In this document: piece by piece, positions 1-13,464 of the stretch
How positions within the stretch are numbered: position 1 is the stretch's first letter
How the letters are laid out: each line of letters starts with the position of its first letter
Source of the DNA: Cercozoa sp. M6MM
Taxonomy: Eukaryota; Protista; Endomyxa: Ascetosporea
Assembly: GCA_040357565.1 (NCBI GenBank)
Contig: JBDODJ010000103.1
Strand: one strand, 5' to 3'
DNA: 40,325 nucleotides
Position numbers and translations under genes: made by a program
Notes under the pieces: model-generated
Told to the model about the DNA's origin: nothing
Seen by the model: only the letters and a program-made list of their open reading frames with translations
Databases searched by the model: none

Positions 1-21
1 CCCCCCCCCCCCCCGACACAG

Positions 22-667
22 TCCGCCTAGTCGTCCTCCGCCGCCTGGTCCGAGGTGACTTTCCTTTTTACCCCCCCCCCCTCTCCATTCTCTATGTTTG
101 TTCTGTTGGAACAGTGCCATTTCGAATCGGCCGCCTCCGCGCGGACCGAGTCCGCCGAGTCGACCGCCTCCGCCGGGACCCAGGTGGGTCGAGTCCCACC
201 CACCTACCTACCCCCTTTACCCCCCCTTGTGGTTGAAATTCAGTGCGCCGCCAAATCGTCCGCCACCGCCTGGGTAGTTCTTTACCCCCCTTACCCCTTT
301 ACCCCCCTTACCCCTTACCCTCTCCCCCTTAACCCTCACCCCTTACCCCCTAGACCGAGCCGTCCGATGCCTCCGCCACCTTCGGGATTGCCGCCTCGCA
401 ATGCAGTGTACGTGCCTTTTACCCCCCCCCCCCCCCTGTTACCCCTTACCCCCCCGTAAAACAGACCGCCGCCGCACACGCCGTCGCAACCAGGTCCACC
501 GCCGGGTCCGCCGCCTCCCAACGCAGTGTACGTGTGACCTGGGTCACCTTGCTTCCGCGCGGATCTGTGTGTCCTTTTGTTGACTCAGGCGAGCGCCGGT
601 GCGTGCGGGAGGACCGGCGCCGCCTCCGCGCCGTGCGGGCGGTCCGCCGCCGCCGCGACGTCGCTAG
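22..667 (+). CDS. 3' end of a proline-rich protein (RPPPPG repeats); 5' part outside window
   Basis: Six exons join across GT-AG introns into PPSRPPPPGPSAISNRPPPRGPSPPSRPPPPGPSAPPNRPPPPGPSRPMPPPPSGLPPRNAV...GGPPPPRRR*. TAG at 665-667. Confidence 0.75.
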
Positions 668-1151
668 GCTGCGGGAGTGCACTGCATCATTGGGACGCGT
701 CGCGTCCTGATCCGGTGGGTAGGTAAGAGGTATCAAAGGAGAACGGCTTACCGTCACTTGTTAACCAATGAACACCAAAATCTAGTCCGAGAACAAGCAG
801 CGAAGAGTTAAAATATTATTACATCTTTCCCCAGTGTCGACAAACAAACGGTGGATAACACTCAACAAGAATCACAGATGCCCTGGTTTGGCTTGCGTCT
901 CTTTTTCCCCTGCTTCTTCCCTGTTGTTTTGGGCTCGAGCGTTGCTTCAGTTGGGTTTACTTTTTTGCCAAACTCACTACCACATCAAGTTGGTTATGGT
1001 CCGATCTATCGGTTCAGATCCATCGCCTGTGCGTAGTGGGGTCCAGTTAGTGCTAGTTAATCACAGTTACGCTAACAACTTACGCCAATAACTCAAGTAC
1101 ACAAAAAACTCAACTGAACTGAAGTGAACTGGCCCTGGGTGAGCAAGTCCC

Positions 1152-1948
1152 TCAAAACGTGTCGTCACTCATACGCCCGCTAAAACTGGTGGTGTTAGTG
1201 CTGTTGCCGCCAGTGGGCGCGTTCTCTGCCAAAAAGCAGCAAATAAATTCGTCGGACCAGCTTGAAGCCAAAGAAACAACTGAACAGAAAAGAAAACTGT
1301 ACAGTACCAGGGGCACGCCGCGCCATGTGCAACGACTGCAGGAAGCGTCGCCGCAGCGACGAGAGCGGACTCGAACCAAAGGCGGCACGTTGCGCACGAG
1401 CGTCGCGACGATTCGTGCTGTCTCTGTTGTCGGTCATGTCGAAGGTATCACAGGTGCTGCTACTCGCTCTGGGTGTCTCCGTATGGTGCTGCTGCTGTCG
1501 ATCTGGTACTCTTGATCGAGACGCAAACCTCCTTCTCTCGCGTTCTCTGTCTGCAACACAAAAAATCGAAGTGGCAAAAAAAGACTATCCGTATCCATCC
1601 AGATCAAGTTGTACCGCCAATGTCGGTGCGAGTGCTGCCCCAGATGCGCAGGGATTGCCCGCATCGTGTCGCTTGCTTCTTGCTTGCAGTCTTTTCAGAC
1701 CGTGCAGGTGCTTCTGACTGCGTCTGAGTCTCCGCCAACGCACTCGTTTCTGTGCTTGACCGTGTTTCATTTTCTACTGGCTGTACTCGTATCCGAGGAT
1801 TGCTTCTTGGCGAGGGCTGCACGAAAGGCATCAGACGCCGTCGTTTCGGCGAGTTCTCCTCGCGTGGCTTGTCATTGTCGTTGTCATCGTCGGTGTGTGA
1901 TTCGTGCAGTCCACGGGAGCGTTTGCGCACCAAAGAGCGCCGCCTCAT
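1152..1948 (-). CDS. Hypothetical disordered basic protein with NLS-like PKRRRL
   Basis: Three minus-strand ORF segments (MRRRSLVRKRSR...DIG / DRERERRRF...RRAP / ENAPTGG...SDDTF*) join in frame over two phase-1 GT-AG introns. No recognisable domain; start uncertain. Confidence 0.5.
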
Positions 1949-2348
1949 TCAGACCGACAACTTCAAAATCACGCCGAGCTGCTTCCAAAACAAACGCGAC
2001 TGGCTCCTGTTAGCAGCAGTAGTAGCACACGGCAACACACAATGGAGACGGATAAAAAAGAGCTTTCATTTTGGCGCCCAGCCCTGCTGGATCAAGTAGC
2101 AGGGGGGAATCTCCATCACAATGATGTGAACAAGTAGCAACTCGCTGCCTTAATGCCTGGGTCCCATGCCACTATTAATTCTAAGACGTTGAGTGTAGGC
2201 CGAAATTCGGGCTTGCATCGCATCTCACAGCCTCAAAACACTCTTGTCATTCAAATCTTCGACTTTCTCTCAACCTACCAGTTTTCTGCCACTCACAGTG
2301 GCCCAGAAACACGAAATCAGGTTTCATTCTGTTTATATTCGACAGAAA

Positions 2349-3637
2349 ATGTCGTCTCCGGCCGTAGCAATGAAGGTGATATCATGTTTCTGCAAGTGCG
2401 TTCGTTTTTTTTTTTGTTACCTTGATGTTTCTGCAGAGAATAATGCGGGAGGCTCGAGAGTAACTCATTGTTGAGTTTTGCTTTCCTTCATGCAGAACAC
2501 ATGATTGCGTGCAGATTCCAGCGTCTCCCGGAAGAAGATCGCAGAGATATCTGGGCGCAGCCGACTGATGACCTGTAGCAGCTGTGTACTTCTTTCATTG
2601 TGCTTTCTCGGTGAATTGTATCCCCACAAGTAGTTTCGAATGGCACTTTACGATTCGCGGTGCTCCATCATCGCCCTACGAGCACGGAATTTATCAGTAT
2701 GGCGTTTCTCCAAATCACTTTTCGATGCCATACGTGTTTGTTGTTTTCGATGGAATACAGCGGACGCTTGCTGTTGCCGAGCAACTACCCTTTCGCCGCA
2801 CCCGTACATTATTTAAGTACAGTACAGTGTGCTGACTAACGTATTATATGTACTACCTGTCCCAGGATATGATTCTTCTCACGAACAATGGTCGCTTCCG
2901 TGTTGGCGACAAGATTTGCCTGTCTGCCACCTCTTGTGAGTTTAGCTCATGCCGCTTGTGTTCTGTGAGTGGGCTGTCTGTATGTCATGAGTGCACTGCA
3001 GATCACAACGAGACATGGCAACCATCTTGGTCGGTGCTGACTCTGCTGACAGCAGTGCGCACCTTTATGACGACGCCTGGCCGCGGTGCGATCGGGTCGC
3101 TCGAGGTGCCCGATGCCGAACGCCGTCGACTGGCGCAACTCAGGTGTGTCTTTTTCTCCTTTGAGTTGTTCAAAGCTCGGCAGCAACTCTTTTGTGTTTT
3201 GGTACGTTCAGTCGTTCCTTCCGTTGCGACGTGTGTCAAGCGACGTGTGCTGACTTGCTCAACGACACTGACAGCGACAGCGCCTGTGCCGAAAATGCTG
3301 AAAACGCCGAAGAATCGCTCAGTGCTCGCGAAAGCAGCAACGACAACACTGAAGTGAACGAAATCGCTCGAGGCCGGTCCTATGACAGCACTGGCGAAAC
3401 CGACGAGCGAAACCAAGCGATACCTAGACACGCTGTCCGTGATCACAGAGAAACGCAACTCGTCGTGCAGAAGTCCTCCAGTGATTATCTTTTGGTAAGC
3501 TTCACTTTCGTTTTCCAAGCTTCTTGGCCCCCTGCTATAATGCCATCTGTTGCTACACACAGATCTCGCTCGTTCTACTCATCATGGCCTTGTTGGCCAA
3601 GAAGCTCGCGCGTAAGTTTGCAGAGGATTCGAAATGA
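2349..3637 (+). CDS. UBE2J1: ER-anchored ubiquitin-conjugating enzyme E2, Ubc6/UBE2J1 class
   Basis: Spliced model MSSPAVAMKRIMREARE...FEWHFTIRG...YHGRLLLPSNYPFAAP...NGRFRVGDKICLSATSYHNETWQPSWSV...GAIGSL. Catalytic Cys in KICLS; C-terminal hydrophobic anchor ISLVLLIMALLAKK. 8 GT-AG introns. Confidence 0.92.
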
Positions 3638-3866
3638 ATGGCAGTCCGGAACTAAATGCAGACACTGTTGAAACAGAAACTAATTGAAATGAATGACTGC
3701 CCAAAGTGCCAACCATACAAGCTGTTCTCATCCAAAAAAGCTTGAACAAACTAAAATTAAAAAAACTGAACAATAAATATCAACATGGTCAGATTCCACA
3801 AAGTCTGTTCAACGCATTTAGGCTGTCGGAGCACTAAATCGGACTCGTTTAATTTTAGGCAGGGCC

Positions 3867-5543
3867 ATGCTGGCGCGCGCGATCGCGAAGCGGCGGGTCG
3901 TGTGCGTGCGTGTGCTGTCGAAGGTGCATGTCGACGATGAAGATGAACTCCCTGGCATGTTGGATGCCCGTGGTGGCGAAAGAGATTTTGACATTGACAC
4001 GGCAGTGCGTTTTCTCTGGTGATGTTGGTTGCTAAAGTACTCATGTGTAAACCCACAGACCAAGACGCTGACGAGTCTGCTTCAGCAGTGGCGCCATCAC
4101 CAGGACGGCATCCGACCGATGCTGGAGGAGGCTTACGGCAACGCAGTTGAAGAGGACGCAATGTACGAGCAGAACAGCAAAATTGCACTGCTTGCGGAGA
4201 CGGCATGTACTCTCGGTAGTGCCAGGAATAGTGTGTGCGTGTGTTAGTTTTATTGTGGCTGTGTGCGTGTGCGAACAGAGAAGTTTGACGAGGCAGTGAA
4301 AATCCTGAACGAATTCAACGTTGAGAACAACTCAATTTCAATCTTTGCCTTCAAGCGTCTGGCTACTGTTGTATGACTTTGTTTTTGACCCAGGGGTTCT
4401 GTCACATGCAGTGGGATTTTTTGACACCAGGTGGCACGATCGCTGCGCAGGATGTCTCCAGTGTTCTATGAGGTACAGCACTATGACTTGTGTTTATGCC
4501 TTTCTGTTCATTCCATCTGTAAGTGTGTACGTGTGTGCACAGTTGTACGGCCATCGAGTGGAAGAAACGGTACCTGCGTGTTCAAGCGCCAGTAGTGTCC
4601 CATGTGCCTGCATGGTATCTGACACTGTTGTTGGCAGGAGTCTCCAACAACGCAGGAGTCCGAAGAACAGGACGATATCGCGCCGCACCTGCGTCGAATC
4701 ATCGAGGACGAGTCGTTGGATCCGTTTGCCGACGTCGTGCGGCGTCCATTCGATTTCTCGCAGTCGCATCTGATGTATGAGTCAGTCTTCTCAGTTGTTG
4801 GTGTTCAATTCTCGTGTGGCGTGTCTCCAGGCCTCTGCCTCCCGTCTACCGGAAACACGAGGAGCGTTTTTTGAAGAAAGCCTTGCCAGCGGTGTGTTTC
4901 TACTCCAGTCCATATCGAGGATCTGTGTGTATACGCTTCATATGAGAATAGTGGAAACTCAAGGCCAGTCTGCCGATCCTCATGGCGATGTTTGAGAAAG
5001 ATTGCATCTCGCGCAGTCTCGCAAAACCCCATCGCAGCGAAACCGTTGCTATTGCTCGCTCGCTCGTGTCCACGCACATGCACGTTATGGAGGTGATAAA
5101 CTCCTTTTCTGTCGGTATTCATTGCATGTATGTATGGGAGATGTTTTGCAGTGCCTTCACATTGGTCGGCACGAGATCGCAATGCGCGTCATCAACGGCC
5201 GTCTCAGGCAGCTACGATCAGACGGCAGCCCTTTCACGGCACTCCTGGTCAGTGAGTATTTCCACTACGCCGGGTACTCCCTCTTTCCTATATCCTCTCT
5301 GTGTTATCTACACAAACACTGACAACACTGAGCAGGCGTATGTACGAGAGGGAGCGTCTGTCGGACGTAGAGTTCGCCGAGACGGTCCAGTTGCTGAGAG
5401 CTGGCCAAGCGGCACTTGAGAGAAAGGGGCGCCAACTACCTGGCGAACTGCTCGACTGGCTGTACCACGAGCTCGAAAAACGCTTAAACGAAGCCGAGCG
5501 CCTGATGAGTGCGGCAAGTTCCGACGACAATGTGCCGCTTTAA
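3867..5543 (+). CDS. Hypothetical alpha-helical protein with mitochondrial-presequence-like N-terminus
   Basis: Ten exons join in frame from MLARAIAKRRVVCVRVLS to SAASSDDNVPL* (TAA 5541-5543). N-terminus is Arg-rich with no acidic residues. No family recognised. Confidence 0.7.
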
Positions 5544-5728
5544 CGTAACCGTGAAGGCGCGAACTGAACGCCCCGTACTGTACGTACGTAATTTGATTAA
5601 CACGGTCAAACTTAATCGATCAAGTGGATGGATTCACCAAGCGGATAAACAAAAAATTACGATCGAACTTAACGAACGGAAACTCGGATCGTTCGATCAT
5701 CACCCGGTCAATGCTATACGGTGCGCGG

Positions 5729-5789
5729 TCAGATCAACGAAGGGTCCTCGAAAGCCGGCGTCACCTTTGTCCTGTCAATGGTGTCAGTG

Positions 5790-5837
<48 letters not shown>

Positions 5838-5847
5838 NNNNNNNNNN

Positions 5848-5896
<49 letters not shown>

Positions 5897-8301
5897 GTTA
5901 CGCAGCAGTGACAGGATCTCGGCAACGTTGCCCTCGAGTCGCTCCATTCGTCGCTCGAGCAGCGTCAATCTAGTCTGCAACAAACCAGTCCCAAGACAGC
6001 AAAGAAAAACACACACAAGTGACTCACCGGTGCGTCCTCTGGTGATGCTGTCTGAGCCGCCGGGGCCTCCTTTAGCTTTTCGTTAACAAGCTGCACTGCA
6101 ACTTGCACACCAGCAATTCGAGCATCAGCAGTCTCGACCTGAGCAGTCTGAGCATCAACAGTCGCAGCCAGCGCAGGCAGCGACGAGGCCGCCGAACCAT
6201 TCACGACAGGTCGAACGCGTTTCTTTGGCGTCTTTGGCGGCGTGGCAGGCGGCGTTCTCGTCTTTTTCTGCTGTAGTCAAGATGCATCAAGACAGCATTA
6301 AACAAACAGGAGACAACGAAGTTTCGAGCAACCTGCTTATGTCGCTGCTTTTTCTTGATTTTCGTCACCTTGGACTCGACCACGGTGCCTCTGTCAGCAA
6401 GACACTCTTCCACAGGCAAACGCAACACAGACACACCGACACAGAGAGAGGGGAGAGAGAGCAGCCAAAGTGTACTGCGTTTCCAGACGCGCTACGTCAG
6501 CGGCGTAGTACTCGGACAGTTCCTTCCTCTGTGTACATCCAAGTATTCATACCCTCCCTCTATCACTCCTCTGCCCTAGGGAACCGTACCTTGTGTGGAA
6601 CTGTTGGCACTGGCGTTGACTGTTGCGTTTTCGGCTTGCCCTCTGTTCTCCCTACGAAAGTCCTCTCAACCGGCCAGACACAGACAGGAAGGGATTAGTG
6701 TTGACACTACCCTTGCGCGTTAGAACTGAAGTTGTTCTGTTTTGTGGCTACAGTGGGGTACAGTGCGTACAGTTCGTACAGTCGATACGGTCCATGTAGC
6801 TCGTGTATCCTACCTGCAGACGTTCCAACCGTCGGATCGTGGTGCGGAACTTGCGCACTTGCTCTCTGTGATGTGCGAGCACAGCGTTGATGTCGACGTG
6901 CAGTCCGACCGGAGGCACCGGCGGGTCCACCGTCACCGCGTTGAGTGTCAGCGACTCGGCACAGTCGCCGCTCCTCCTGTCCCTGTGCTTCTTGCGTTTC
7001 TGCTGGCTGCCCGACCGCGTGGCCTTGCTGTCGTTGAGTACCGCCTTGAGTAGTAGCAGACACGCACGTCGCACCTTCTGCCCGTCCTCGTCAAGTGTCT
7101 CTGGTGACACCTGTGGGGAGAGCAAAGGACAACGAGTAAAGGACAACGAGTAAAGGACAAAGGGTAAAAGGTTAAGGGAAGGATCATTGCAGGGTAGAGA
7201 ACAGGGGGGACCTCGGTAACACGCGACAGTGTGGCCCGGCAGGCCCCCGCATCGATGTCGGCAGCAGTCGACATGACATGCACGAGCGACCACGCGTAGT
7301 GGAAGTACACCTGCATTGGATACAGCTGGCTACTGTTGGCTACAGCCGACTACAGTTGGGCATCACAACGCACCTCGGCCGTGGCCAGTTCGCGGAAATC
7401 CGCGGCCTCGAGAAACGTGAGATGCATCGCAGCGCCGTCCCAGTCGCCTGTCACAGGTCAGTCAGATCAATGAGTCATGATACCCCTCTCCTCCAGTCCC
7501 CCACCCCAGCCGAGAAATGCTGCTCTCGCATAGCGCTCAGAGGGAGGAAGAAACGTACGCGACGCCACGCAGAGTCGGACGTGCGCCAGTTTGACGAGCG
7601 CGTTATCACTCGCCGTGAGTGCCTCGGCGCACCGATCGGTGTCGTACCACATTCCACTGGTCTGTAACAGAGTGTATGTATGTGTGTGTCAGTAAAGGTG
7701 TCTCCATTAGGGTAGAAGCAACAGGAAGAGTTAAACATACAAAGAACTCCCGCAGCTTGTAAGCACGCGAATGCGCCGCCAGGTGCGAGCACACGATGCG
7801 CCTATACACATGCCAGGACACACATACACACACACGCCAGACAGGCAGGAGCGTGTTGGTCAGAGGTACCACTTCCACGACGGAGGAACACAACTGAGAA
7901 AGCGCCGGCACTGCATGTTGCGCAGCATGAGGCCCAGTGTCGCGAATAACTGCATGCAACTAGATACTCACACACAACACACAAGGCAGGGAGCGTGTAC
8001 CAGAGGCAGCACTTCGGCAGGACACTCTTCGAGGATCACTTTCGGTCGCAGCACCAGTGCTTCCACCTCGTCCTGTGCCCAAACGCGACATGCTTTCGCA
8101 CAGACAGACACCCGCTTCCCACATACACACACAAGAGCAGTGCACCGGAGGTGGAAAGTGCTGCACGCGCATGGCGAGCTGCGCGGCGGCCTGGACGAAG
8201 CGCAGCGAGCCCTCGAGTCCCTGCTGGTGCAGCAACGCGCCTTCCAGCGCCGCTACCAGCTGCTCGAGCACCTCCTCCTCGCGCATCTGCTCCTCCGGCA
8301 T
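5729..8301 (-). CDS. Hypothetical helical/TPR-like protein with C-terminal coiled coil
   Basis: Exons join in frame: MPEEQMREEEVLEQL...EVYFHYAWSLV...TIRRLERLQ...RLTLLERRMERLEGNVAEIL...FEDPSLI*. The 3' exons were only partly verified. Confidence 0.65.
5791..5894. repeat. (GT)n microsatellite with assembly gap, intronic
   Basis: Perfect dinucleotide run with 10 N inside. Confidence 0.95.
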
Positions 8302-8705
8302 CTTCCTGTCCCACACCAAAAACAACAATTATTCCGAAATTTAATCAAATCATTCACTGTCATCGTCGTCGCTACGCAGCGACCAGAAACCCAGTTTTTT
8401 CGTGCCAGCAAACATCGTTACCAGATTGCAGACAAGCCCGATGCTCTACGCGTTGCGCGATCACAGCGAAAAATCACGTGCTCCGATCGTGCAACGCCGA
8501 GCCTGTTGATACTTCGCCTTAGCACAAGCGAGGATCGCCTCCGGACCGCCAATGCAACATCCTCCGCCACGTCGATCTGATAGCCGGCCCCGGAAAAGAA
8601 CCAGCGTACTTTAGTACTAAATTTGGGCTCAAACTAAGAATCCTCAACTTCCAATTCTCCCTAGAGAGCGTTACACAGTAGTTGGTGCGTGCTAGAAGTG
8701 CTAGG

Positions 8706-9101
8706 ATGTCATCAGCCCGTGTTTTGGCCTTGTATCGGCAAACCCTGCGTGAGGCTCGCAAGTTCGCCTCGCCGAATCTGCGCGATTACGCGCTGCGCAC
8801 GACGAAGCTGCGCTACCAGTAGGATGTGTTTCGTCGCATTTGTGTGCTTGGCTGTCTTATTTCGTTGTTGTGCTGTTGTTTCGTAGCAAGAACGCAAGCG
8901 TGACCGATGCGACGGCACTGCAGGGACTGCTGCAGCGCGCGCAGACGGAACTCGATTCGTTGCGACGCCAAGTGGCCGTGGATTGCTTGTACAGGTATAG
9001 TTTGTCCCTCTGCTTTTGCCTTTGTGTATCCTTTCTCGAACCTTGGATTCTCTATGGTTTGCAGACCCGATGTGCGATCAATCACGGAGGTGCCGCATTA
9101 G
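8706..9101 (+). CDS. ISD11: LYR-motif protein ISD11/LYRM4 (cysteine desulfurase partner, Fe-S assembly)
   Basis: Introns 8819-8886 and 8995-9064 give MSSARVLALYRQTLREARKFASPNLRDYALRTTKLRYHKNASVTD...LDSLRRQVAVDCLYRPDVRSITEVPH*. Has the LYR motif and the ISD11-typical RRQV...LY tail. Confidence 0.88.
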
Positions 9102-9256
9102 ACTCCTGCGCATTAGACTCCTGCACACCGTGATGGCTTCATTGGCGTTTCGCCTTTCCTTTCTGTTTACCTACGTACTATTGATCGAATCTGTTGGCTT
9201 GGTAATTAGAAAGCTTGGGAACAGAGGGCGACTGAACCCGATCTTGGTGCACGCCA

Positions 9257-10067
9257 GTCAGCCAGGTTTACTCAGGGGAGGAAGCGACGTTTCGTCGGAA
9301 CAAGAGCAGTCTCCACAGCAGTTGTCTAAAGCAAAAAGGCCTCTCTCTCCTTGTGCACAAGCCTGCCCACTCCAGCAGACAGCAGAGCCGTGTGTTTGTA
9401 CCTGTGCTCGGTCTGTGCAGCAGATCGATGCAAGCTGTGCAGCAGGCGTTGCCGGTTAGGCACCAGTACACACGCCACCTCCGACAAGTTGAGGTGCACT
9501 GAAGAGAGACACAGTTAGGGTGACATCACAGGTACATGGGGGGGGGGAGTACAGGCAGTGTACCACCAAAGAAACGCGGAATCAGAGCCAACACTTGGTT
9601 CTACGGCGAGTCAGAAACACGGGATCGCCCCCCGAGCCACAGAGACAGAACTTAGTACCATGACAAACGTGCCAATGACGGTAGGGGCGTAGGACGTGAA
9701 CAGGTTCACGTAGATCGAGGCCACCTCGTGCAGTTGATACATGATGAGTGCTTGAAACTCCTGCAGGCAGCCATATTTCGCATATAAACATACTCTGCAC
9801 CACGTACCTCATCGGTCAGGGCGCCATCGCCGAGTTTGTCGACACGATTTCGCAGCCATTTGATGCGCTGCGGTCGGTTCTTGTTCTGGTAGAACATTGT
9901 CGGCGTGTCCGTTTTCTAAACATTTCAGACAGAGATAGCAAATGAGGTTGAAACACTCCCAAAAGCCGGAAATACCACTGAACTATCACGCTAGCACTGC
10001 AACAGACACGAAGAGCACGGATCTCGGGCCAATCTATATCTGGCTCATTTGGAGTCGATAGCAGCAC
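9257..10067 (-). CDS. Hypothetical protein (ends uncertain)
   Basis: Minus-strand exons with GT-AG boundaries: KTDTPTMFYQNKNRPQRIKWLRNRVDKLGDGALTDE / EFQALIMYQLHEVASIYVNLFTSYAPTVIGTFVM. Start and final frame unresolved. Confidence 0.4.
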
Positions 10068-10342
10068 GCGAGTCGGCAGGACTCAACGCAAGAAATCTAC
10101 GGCAGAGGAGTCTGAGTGACGTTTGAACCTGCTCAGAACGGTAAATATGTCTGCACACTCCGGTTAGGTGGAAGATCGACGTGGTTTGACGCCGCAAAAA
10201 GCAGATTTTGTGTCATGGTGGACCGTTTGCCAAGTGCACTTTTTGCCTGTTTTGGGCACGGCTTGGGCGACCTTTGCCGAGTTCTCAGAGTTGGAGAGTG
10301 AGCTGAGTGTTTGTTGTGCACGTATTTTACGCAGGTGCGCAG

Positions 10343-11950
<1,608 letters not shown>

Positions 11951-12193
11951 TGCCTTCGCTTCAGTTTTCTAGTATTACCCGATCGCAGCGACGTCTGCCC
12001 GAAGTGGCGCGGCCTGAGTCTGCTCTAGCTGACTAGTGCTAGCTGAACCTGGTGTAGCTCGTACCCCAGCATCAGTATACGATACCGAGACGCCACTGCA
12101 TGAACTCACGGCATACGAGGAATTAAACACGACCGTACAACTCGTGATACAATAGTGTTGAGTAAAACAAGTCTGACAGCTCAGTCGGAAGTG

Positions 12194-12872
12194 TCACGGT
12201 ACTGGTCGATGCGCGGTGTCTTTACGCGTCGGTTGACGCTCAGCTGCTCTTGTGACAGTGCCGTTTGAGTCGGTGGCGTTGTCTTCGAGAGGAACCGACG
12301 AAGGAGATAGGTTACACTGCTGCGCCAAGTGCAACAGCTGCAAAGACCGCTGCTGCTGTGCCTACAGAGTGACATTTGGGTCTGTACAGAAAAACGAATA
12401 CTCAAGTTGGTGGTCGAAGAGTGACTCACATGCGCCAAGAGAAGCATCTGGTGACCAAGTTGCGTTCGTAGCTGTTGCGCAAGCTGATGCAGCTGGCCGA
12501 CTTCGCGTCTAAGCTGCGCCAGCTCGGCTTCTTGTTGCTCCAGGCGCTCGCACGCCACCGATATCACCTCTAAATGTTTAACACATGTAATATCATCCCG
12601 GACGGATTGAAATCAACCGAAACATACCGTTCAAGGACTTGTTTCGATCGCGTACGCCAGGACCATTCTTGGCGAACAAAATATTCCACAGTCGCTGCCG
12701 TAACCTTCTCAGATCTGCCAAAATCAGAACAACATCACTAAATTCTTGGAGGCATTGACACCCAGGCGGAAACACGTAGCGTTGCACCCTGACGCCGCTG
12801 AGCCTCACGTTCTCGCTTGCTCTCCCTGTCGGAATCAACAGCGGCGGCGTCGTCTTGTCTCAAAAACGGCAT
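12194..12872 (-). CDS. Small divergent bHLH-leucine zipper protein
   Basis: Spliced model ...DRESKREREAQRRQGATLHLRRLRQRLWNILF...NKSLNEVISVACERLEQQEAELAQLRREVGQLHQLAQQLRTQL. Basic ExxRR, helix-loop-helix, heptad leucines. Confidence 0.6.
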
Positions 12873-13464
12873 TTTGTGGATATGGGCCCAAAAACGTTCG
12901 GCGTGAAAAGGAACCGAATCGACCGAGATGACGCGTTTGTGAACCGTCGCTTCGGCGAAACACGGACTGTGGGACAAATCGCTACTCACAACACGCGTCG
13001 TGAACGTGCCGAAAGCCTTCCCCCACGTTGTGCCTGCAGTCAACCTCAGTCGTCAACCAAGGCACGCCGGGTGCAACGCAGGCGGTCGTCTTCGGACTTT
13101 GACGGATCATGATACATGATAATTCTGCATGAGTCGGTGGGATCTACGCTAAGGTTTGACATCGCGTGTATGTACACTGTACAACTAAAAAAAAGTGCCA
13201 GCAGCGACTCTAAACCTAGCGTAGGTCGCACGGGTCAACGTAGCGAGAGTTGCTAGGGAGTCGGCGCGGCTGTGGTCGGTAGTGTTGTAGCCAGCCACGG
13301 TCCGATCGGACGAAATGACAATGTGAGTGTGCGTGTCGGTATGTGTGAGAATCAAAAGGAGTGATGTGTGCTTGCTGTGTGTGTGTGCTTTCGTTTGGTC
13401 TTTGTCGGGGTAGTAGTATGGTTCGTATGTTGTTCTCTCCTTCGAAGGTGGGGGGGGGGGCACC

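Noticed and set aside
1752-2099. Myb/SANT-like string DWLLLAAVVAHGNTQWRRIK on the + strand
   Set aside because: No supporting spliced + strand model was found, and the ORF overlaps a frame-consistent minus-strand gene; probably chance, though not excluded.
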